A model generated the notes under the pieces. The model was not told the DNA's origin, did not search any database, and worked only from the letters and a program-made list of their open reading frames with translations. A DNA stretch of 64,000 nucleotides from positions 3,296,001 through 3,360,000 of the forward strand of contig OY760175.1 in the NCBI GenBank assembly GCA_963663165.1, given 5' to 3'. The translations under genes and the position numbers were made by a program. Below are positions 58,597 to 64,000 of the stretch, piece by piece. Within the stretch, counting starts at the first letter, position 1; every line of letters starts with the position of its first letter. Source of the DNA: an uncultured Desulfospira sp. (lineage in GTDB: Bacteria > Desulfobacterota > Desulfobacteria > Desulfobacterales > Desulfobacteraceae).

Positions 58597-59226
58597 ATGA
58601 CTTTATCTAAGCAGCTTTGGAACGACAATCAGGACCTGGCCACAGCCTCTTTGGAGAACCCTTTTGTCCAGGGAATTCTTTTTGGTACCCTGGACAAGGA
58701 AAAATTTTCTCACTATGTCAGCCAGGATTCATTTTTTCTTAAAGCCTTTGCCCGCGCTTATATTATCGCCGGGGCCAAGGCACCGGACTGGGAAGACTTT
58801 ATCAAATTGCACGGCCTTGCCCAGGGGGTTTTTGAAGAGTTGGCGTTACACCAGAAATATGCCCGGAACTGGGGCGTAACCGTTGACCAGGTAGCCCCTT
58901 CCCCGGCGACCAGGCGTTACACGGATTTTGTCATGGCAACCGCCTGGGGGTATGATACCGGGCTTACCGTGACCGCGTTGACGCCCTGTATGCGCCTTTA
59001 TGCCTTTCTGGGGCAGACCCTGTCAGAACAGCAGTCCGCTTTGCCCCACGCCTACACGGACTGGATTGAAACCTACAGCTCCGGTGAAATTGAAGCACTG
59101 GCCTGTGATTTAGAAGCCCTGGTGGACAAGTATGCAGACCCTGAAAACCCGTTGACGGCCGATACCTACCGGTATGCCATGGCCTGTGAAAGGGATTTTT
59201 TTCAGGCCGCCTTTGAAAAAGCCTGA
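58597..59226 (+). CDS. tenA: TenA/Thi-4 family aminopyrimidine aminohydrolase
   Basis: YVSQDSFFL..FAR; PCMRLY (catalytic Cys); YTDWIETY; ERDFF. Confidence 0.88.
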   Translation: MTLSKQLWNDNQDLATASLENPFVQGILFGTLDKEKFSHYVSQDSFFLKAFARAYIIAGAKAPDWEDFIKLHGLAQGVFEELALHQKYARNWGVTVDQVAPSPATRRYTDFVMATAWGYDTGLTVTALTPCMRLYAFLGQTLSEQQSALPHAYTDWIETYSSGEIEALACDLEALVDKYADPENPLTADTYRYAMACERDFFQAAFEKA

Positions 59227-59259
59227 TCCATCCGCGCCGGCCGTTTAAAAGGAACCGCC

Positions 59260-59832
59260 ATGATCGTTGCAGTTAACGGGAAACGCCCCGTCATCGGCAA
59301 AGAGGTTTATATTGCACCCAATGCCGTTATTGTGGGAGATGTTGTTTTAAAAGACAGGTCCAGCGTCTGGTTCGGCGCTGTTATCCGGGGCGATGAAGGC
59401 CGCATTGTCATTGGCGAGGGCACCAGCGTCCAGGACAATTGCGTGGTCCATGTGAACGCCAGTTCCGATACCGTGATTGAAGGCGATGTCACCATTGGCC
59501 ACGGCGTGGTGATGGAGGGCTGCACCATCCAAAAAGGAACCCTCATCGGCATGAACGCCACCATCTTAAGCCATGCCCAAATCGGCGAAGGCGCGCTTAT
59601 TGCAGCCGGTTCCGTGGTCAGGGAACATTTTGTTGTCCCGGCCCACCACATGGCGGCAGGTGTCCCCGCCAAAATCATACAACCCCTCTCTGCGGAACTG
59701 AAGGCCAGGATTGCAAAAGCACCCGGGCATTATGCCCAAAGCCGCCGGTGTTACCTTGAGGCCAGTCAAATCATCTATCCCCTGAAGCAAAAACAGAAAG
59801 AAAAAAACACATTAAAAAGGCCTTCATGTTGA
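59260..59832 (+). CDS. Gamma carbonic anhydrase family (YrdA/PaaY-like) protein
   Basis: Hexapeptide repeats; VIRGD, VQDNCVVH, TIGH. Confidence 0.92.
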   Translation: MIVAVNGKRPVIGKEVYIAPNAVIVGDVVLKDRSSVWFGAVIRGDEGRIVIGEGTSVQDNCVVHVNASSDTVIEGDVTIGHGVVMEGCTIQKGTLIGMNATILSHAQIGEGALIAAGSVVREHFVVPAHHMAAGVPAKIIQPLSAELKARIAKAPGHYAQSRRCYLEASQIIYPLKQKQKEKNTLKRPSC

Positions 59833-59960
59833 TCAGATGGCTCTGCAGTCATATTAACAAGGGGAAGATTATTTTGGGCCATAATGATATCTTTACCCTG
59901 AAAAGCCATGTCAACCAACTTGGACCATTCTGCCTTTGCTTCCAATACATTAACGATCAT
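59775..59960 (-). pseudogene. Degenerate Phd/YefM antitoxin
   Basis: MIVNVLEAKAEWSKLVDMAFQGKDIIMAQNNLPLV fits a Phd N-terminus; no adjacent toxin; tail overlaps gamma-CA. Confidence 0.55.
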
Positions 59961-60071
59961 TTTTAAAATCTCCGGTTATTTTCACAAAACAAAAGCCGGT
60001 CCCCCGCTGCCAAGTTGAGCCAGGTTGGTCACGCGATAATCAAAGTCTGCCTCCATCTGTTCTAAATTTAG

Positions 60072-60136
60072 ATTGTGGAAAAAAGTACACAATTTATGAA
60101 GAAAACTATCTAAAATTGTGTACTTTTTTCCACAAT
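60072..60136. promoter_or_regulatory. Perfect 24-bp inverted repeat; candidate paired enhancer (UAS) sites
   Basis: ATTGTGGAAAAAAGTACACAATTT, 17-nt spacer, exact reverse complement; each arm contains ATTGTG-N10-CACAAT. Confidence 0.65.
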
Positions 60137-60282
60137 TTACCCTTCTTTTTTCATCTATAACTTTAAATTTTTTCTAAAATTTAAAAAATTTGAAAAACTT
60201 ATTGGATTTAACTCTCTGAAATATTGATTCTTTCAGGCCTTCAAATTTTAAACAAAAAATATCTGCATAATTTTTCATATTT

Positions 60283-60298
60283 AGGCACACCAGTTGCA
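60283..60298 (+). promoter_or_regulatory. Sigma-54 promoter upstream of the riboswitch and second PEP-CTERM gene
   Basis: AGGCAC-ACCAG-TTGCA (GG-N10-GC). Confidence 0.75.
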
Positions 60299-60335
60299 AA
60301 AAAAACTCATCATATCAAACGAAATTATTAATTTA

Positions 60336-60412
60336 AAGAAAAAGCCAAACCCGGCGCGAGCCGGGGACGGAAAGCAAAAGGGCCTCACAGGGAGGCAGCC
60401 TGGCTGCCACAC
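60336..60412 (+). ncRNA. c-di-GMP-I (GEMM) riboswitch
   Basis: GCCAAACCCGGC-GCGA-GCCGGGGACGGAAAGC...GGGCCTC...GAGGCAGCCTGGCTGCC: GNRA-capped P2, GGACG-x-AAAG junction, P3. Confidence 0.88.
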
Positions 60413-60431
60413 AAACAAAAGGAGATTTAAA

Positions 60432-60524
60432 ATGAACCTGTTTTTCAAGGGGTTAAAAAGGATTGTTGCTCAAAATTATCACAGGCTTTTTTACCGCTGG
60501 GAATGCGGTGCCTTTGCCACATGA
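60432..60524 (+). CDS. Putative 30-aa leader/small protein
   Basis: Strong RBS AAGGAG directly after the riboswitch; MNLFFKGLKRIVAQNYHRLFYRWECGAFAT. Confidence 0.4.
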   Translation: MNLFFKGLKRIVAQNYHRLFYRWECGAFAT

Positions 60525-60615
60525 ACGAAGTGCAGGCCATGCTGATTTCACCACAGATTTTGAAATGATGATTTAATTCTATAGACAACGAGATCACTCA
60601 CAGAGGAGGTAAGGT

Positions 60616-61263
60616 ATGAAAAGATTTGCGTATTTGGTTTTGCTGGCGGCGGCGTTCCTGTTTGCCGGTGTCACAACGGCTTCGGCGGCCTATTATGAGT
60701 TTGATTACAATGAAGGGTCATATACTAGTTCCGTTAGCAACACATTCACTATCGACGATTTTTCCGGAATCGATTCCGCAACCCTGTCCATAACGATCAA
60801 AGGGCGGACCTACCATGAAACCAGATCTAATTATTGGCTATATTGGCCCGTGGTGGATATTTCGGCATCCGGCACTCAATATTTCAACAATAGGGCATTG
60901 ACATCTGCATGGGAAACCATCGTTATCGAACTGGATGCGGCTGTTTTGGCGTCCATGACGGAAAGTGGCGAGTTATTGTTCACTGTAGCCGGCGATTCTT
61001 CATACTGGCAAAGCAATAGCAGTTCAGGATACACCGCCGGCAGGTTCTATCTTGACAGTGTTGGTTTGACCGTCACCCCCTCATCCACCGTTCCCGTCCC
61101 CGGCGCCGTCTGGCTTCTGGGGTCAGGTCTGGCCGGCATGGTCGGCATCCGCCGCAAAAATTGGTCATCTAATGAGGGCCGATTCCTTTTTTTTATAAGA
61201 AAGTCCCACCAACAAGCTGAAAAGACTTTCATTTTTCGTTGTGGACGGTGCTTGGTTGGATAA
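60616..61263 (+). CDS. VPLPA/PEP-CTERM exosortase-target protein with read-through C-terminal extension
   Basis: Signal peptide; VPVPGAVWLLGSGLAGMVGIRRKN, then 33 extra residues running into the 90-bp repeat. Confidence 0.88.
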   Translation: MKRFAYLVLLAAAFLFAGVTTASAAYYEFDYNEGSYTSSVSNTFTIDDFSGIDSATLSITIKGRTYHETRSNYWLYWPVVDISASGTQYFNNRALTSAWETIVIELDAAVLASMTESGELLFTVAGDSSYWQSNSSSGYTAGRFYLDSVGLTVTPSSTVPVPGAVWLLGSGLAGMVGIRRKNWSSNEGRFLFFIRKSHQQAEKTFIFRCGRCLVG

Positions 61264-61374
61264 TCCAAGCCGTCCGTGACGGTTTATAAGAAAGTCTCAG
61301 TAAGGTCCTGAGAAGACTTTCAATATTTGTTGTGGGCGGTGCTTGGTTGGATAACCAAAGCGGCCCGTGGCCGT
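61194..61374. repeat. Two tandem copies of the 90-bp structured repeat
   Basis: Units 61194-61283 and 61285-61374. Confidence 0.9.
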
Positions 61375-61476
61375 TATATAATGTATTTATAATCCCTACC
61401 GGGAGAACGTGGCCATACGCCTCCCGGCAGGGATCATTTTAACCGCCTGCTGAAACTCCGTCCGGCTCCCAGGCCC

Positions 61477-62834
61477 TCATATTTCATTTAAAAATTGGGC
61501 CAGTTCCCGAACATTGGGGCAGGGAAACGCCCCGGCACACTGTGGCCCGTACCGGTCCATCACACAGTCTTTTTCCCCCACCGGGTTTCGGGAAGCGGAT
61601 TGAGCCAGTAAAGGGCGTCGCAAAGGCCCCTGATCTGCCCGAGAATGTCCTGGGCGTCGTCGGCATGGCCGTTGTTCTTGCCGTCCCCGAGAATCAGCAC
61701 CGTGGTCTGTTTTGAAAGCTGATCCAGGTATTGGTCTGAAAACTGCCGCAACACCTAGCCATAATCGGAAAAGCCTGTGGCGTTGGCGCCTTTAACGGAC
61801 TTTAAATTGAGCAACACCGTTTCCCAGTCGTTCTCTTTAAAATAATCCGTGGCCTCCACTATCCGGTCCACAAAGAAAAAAGAGCGGATCCGGCTGTAAT
61901 ACCGGTGGGAGGAATAAACAAGGGCCAGCATGAAATAAACAAATTGCCGGACCGAATTGGAGATGTCACAGATTAGCCAGAGATCCGGCTTTGATTGCTT
62001 TCGGCACATTTTAACCAGGTCCATGGGGATGCCGCAGGTCTTTAAAGACTGCCTTACCGTCCTGGGAAAACTTATGGTTCTCCCGGAACCCGGCTTTTTT
62101 CGTCTGCCCTTCCGGGTGGCCAGCTGTTTTCCCATTTTCCTGACTTCACGACAGATCCTGGGGACCTGGTCTTCACGGCAGTCCACAAAGGAGGCTTGCA
62201 GGGGATTGAGTCTGGAAATTGTTTCAACCAGGATACCCGCCCCCATGTTCTGTTTGAGCCATTGTTCCACCCTGGCCTCAATCAGGGCATGCCAGCGGTT
62301 CAGGGCTTTAAGGCTTGACTTGTGCCTTTCCGGGCACAGCTCCTTTTTAATGCGGGGCTGGCCCAGAAGAGGAGAGACCTCAAGCCAGCCGCATTCAGCC
62401 TCCATAAGCCCAAGGGCCTGGTCAAAGTCTTCCACTTCCGGTTCAAATTCCAGGTTCATGCCGGAGAAAATCAGGTGGACCTGTTTTAGATCATTGGCTG
62501 AAATGGCCTGAAAAAGGGTGTCAACCATTGCCCCCTTTGACGCTTCACCCATGTTTTTTTTGGCAGCGGGGTGATGGGCGGTGAGCCTCCCCAGCCGGTC
62601 TCCCGCAAGTTCCGGATCAGGCCCAAAGTAAAGCTCCACCAGCCAGAGGATGAACTGACGGCCCCAGGCCTCCTTTATCAGGGCGGCATTGATCAGGGTG
62701 TAAAAGTCGGACCGGTCAATGGGTGTTTGCCCCATACAGGAGAGCAGTTTCAAGCAGTCAACAATCTCCCCTGTGCTGACCGGGATGCCGCAGGCCCGGA
62801 GAAGCCCTGCAATTTTAAGGATGAGAAATGCCAT
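61477..62834 (-). pseudogene. CoxE-like VWA-domain protein, disrupted
   Basis: MIDAS DISNS; in-frame TAG at 61757-61755; frameshift in the GGGGGAAAAA run near 61570-61579; restored tail DCVMDRYGPQCAGAFPCPNVRELAQFLNEI*. Confidence 0.85.
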
Positions 62835-63693
62835 GGAACCAGTCTTCCTGGTCGATCTTTTCCAAAACCCGGGAAAGATCCTCCCGGTACTTGAACAGAA
62901 TATTAACCGATTCTGAGGCAAGGGGCCGGGTCAGGGTTTGGGCATGGCTTTTTTCAAGAACGGTGACCCAATCAATGACCTCACTGATGCTGGGATGCTT
63001 TTTGAGCTTTTCCAGCCGCAACTTACGGACAAACGCCACCACCTGCCTGCCAAGCTTCTCGTTTAATTCAGGGAAATAAAGCCTTAAAATGGAAAGTTCC
63101 CTGTCCTGGTCCGGATAATCCAAATGCAGATAAAGACAGCGCCGCCGCAGGGCCTCGCTGAGGTTCCGGGTATTGTTGCTGGTCAAAATTACAGACGGGA
63201 TGCAGGTTGCCCTGATGGTTCCGGTTTCCGGAATAGTCACCTGCCAGTCCGACAGGATTTCCAGCAGAAAGCTTTCAAATTCTTCATCGCTTTTATCGAC
63301 TTCATCGATGAGCAGGACCTTTGGCTCTCCAGAGGTGATGGCATAGAGCAAGGGCCTTTTGAATAAAAATTCATCGGTGAAAATATCGGCCCCGGTGTTC
63401 TGCCAGTCCAGGGCCTTTTCTCCTTTGGCCTGGATATAGAGCAGCTGCCTTGGGTAATCCCATTCATAAAGGGCCTTGCTTTCATCAATGCCTTCATAAC
63501 ATTGGAGCCGGACCAGCTCCCGGCCAAGATGCCGGCCCCATGCCTTGGCAAGTTCTGTTTTTCCGGCGCCGGCCGGACCTTCCACCAGCAACGGCTTGTT
63601 CAGGATACCGGCATAGGCCAGGACCTGGGCCGTGGCCTGGTCGGCAATATACCCCTGGGCCTTGAGTCCGGCTTTAATTTTTTCAATATTCAT
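62815..63693 (-). CDS. MoxR-family AAA+ ATPase (CoxD-like)
   Basis: GPAGAGKT, RLQCYEGID, LLIDEVDK, LSEALRRRC. Confidence 0.93.
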   Translation of the reverse strand: MNIEKIKAGLKAQGYIADQATAQVLAYAGILNKPLLVEGPAGAGKTELAKAWGRHLGRELVRLQCYEGIDESKALYEWDYPRQLLYIQAKGEKALDWQNTGADIFTDEFLFKRPLLYAITSGEPKVLLIDEVDKSDEEFESFLLEILSDWQVTIPETGTIRATCIPSVILTSNNTRNLSEALRRRCLYLHLDYPDQDRELSILRLYFPELNEKLGRQVVAFVRKLRLEKLKKHPSISEVIDWVTVLEKSHAQTLTRPLASESVNILFKYREDLSRVLEKIDQEDWFHGISHP

Positions 63694-63874
63694 CGGTTAT
63701 CAGGGTTTCAGATTTTTGTATTCCTTTTGGGTGTCGAAATTAAAGGCTTTATCCGCCTTTTTTGACCTCATAAAGTAGCACAGCACTGCAAATCCGCAAC
63801 CCCAATTATCCAAAACAACGCAACATCTCATATGCCTTAATCAGGATCTAACCCCAGTAACCCTTTCATGTCGA

Positions 63875-64000
63875 TCAGATAGTTCTGCAATTGTATTTAA
63901 GAATTTGCAGATCATCGGTCATCAGGGCCAATTTATTGGTCATGGATTGTGCAATCAGCATGCGGTCAAACGGGTCCTTATGAATAAACGGCAATTTTCC
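63875..64000 (-). CDS. VapC/PIN-domain toxin, 3' end (runs off window)
   Basis: Manual translation GKLPFIHKDPFDRMLIAQSMTNKLALMTDD...*. Confidence 0.85.
   Translation of the reverse strand, partial: GKLPFIHKDPFDRMLIAQSMTNKLALMTDDLQILKYNCRTI

Noticed and set aside
60336..60412. 3',3'-cGAMP-sensing GEMM-Ib variant
   Set aside because: The specificity position reads G (GCCAAAC), not A
1..64000. tRNA, rRNA or intact transposase genes
   Set aside because: None recognised by eye; a covariance-model scan would be needed to exclude them formally

Overview
Bacterial chromosomal window. Gene content (sigma-54 activators, many response regulators, SLC13 permeases, corrinoid methyltransferases, PEP-CTERM proteins) suggests a Desulfobacteraceae-like sulfate reducer; this is inference. 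Contents in order: BMP and ProVWX ABC transporters; TauE; azlC-azlD-TrmB; an orphan TssB-TssC-like fusion; ParB-like and SLT/LysM genes; two paralogous sigma-54 'sensor kinase / response regulators / SLC13 permease' clusters (14.3-23.2 kb and 46.9-53.8 kb); a large hybrid kinase; a sigma-54-activated MFS plus three-component corrinoid demethylase operon; a B12 radical SAM gene; HDOD; two PEP-CTERM proteins (one behind a c-di-GMP-I riboswitch); tenA; gamma-CA; MoxR plus a disrupted VWA gene; and the 3' end of a PIN toxin. The standout is the 36.1-46.8 kb envelope locus. It encodes a secreted protein made of seven 36-aa Asn/Gly/Ala/Val/Ser-rich repeats with a FapC-like NIAAGxGN motif, a small secreted protein with one degenerate copy of that repeat, three CsgG/TolB_N-like proteins, FlgT- and FlgP/LPP20-like proteins and a Deg protease. 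This is a candidate undescribed functional-amyloid (curli/Fap hybrid) export system. Intergenic DNA carries a 152-bp MITE with 8-bp target duplications (2 copies), a structured 90-bp repeat (5 copies), REP-like palindromes and heptamer hairpins. All family calls come from motif recognition by eye; no searches were run.
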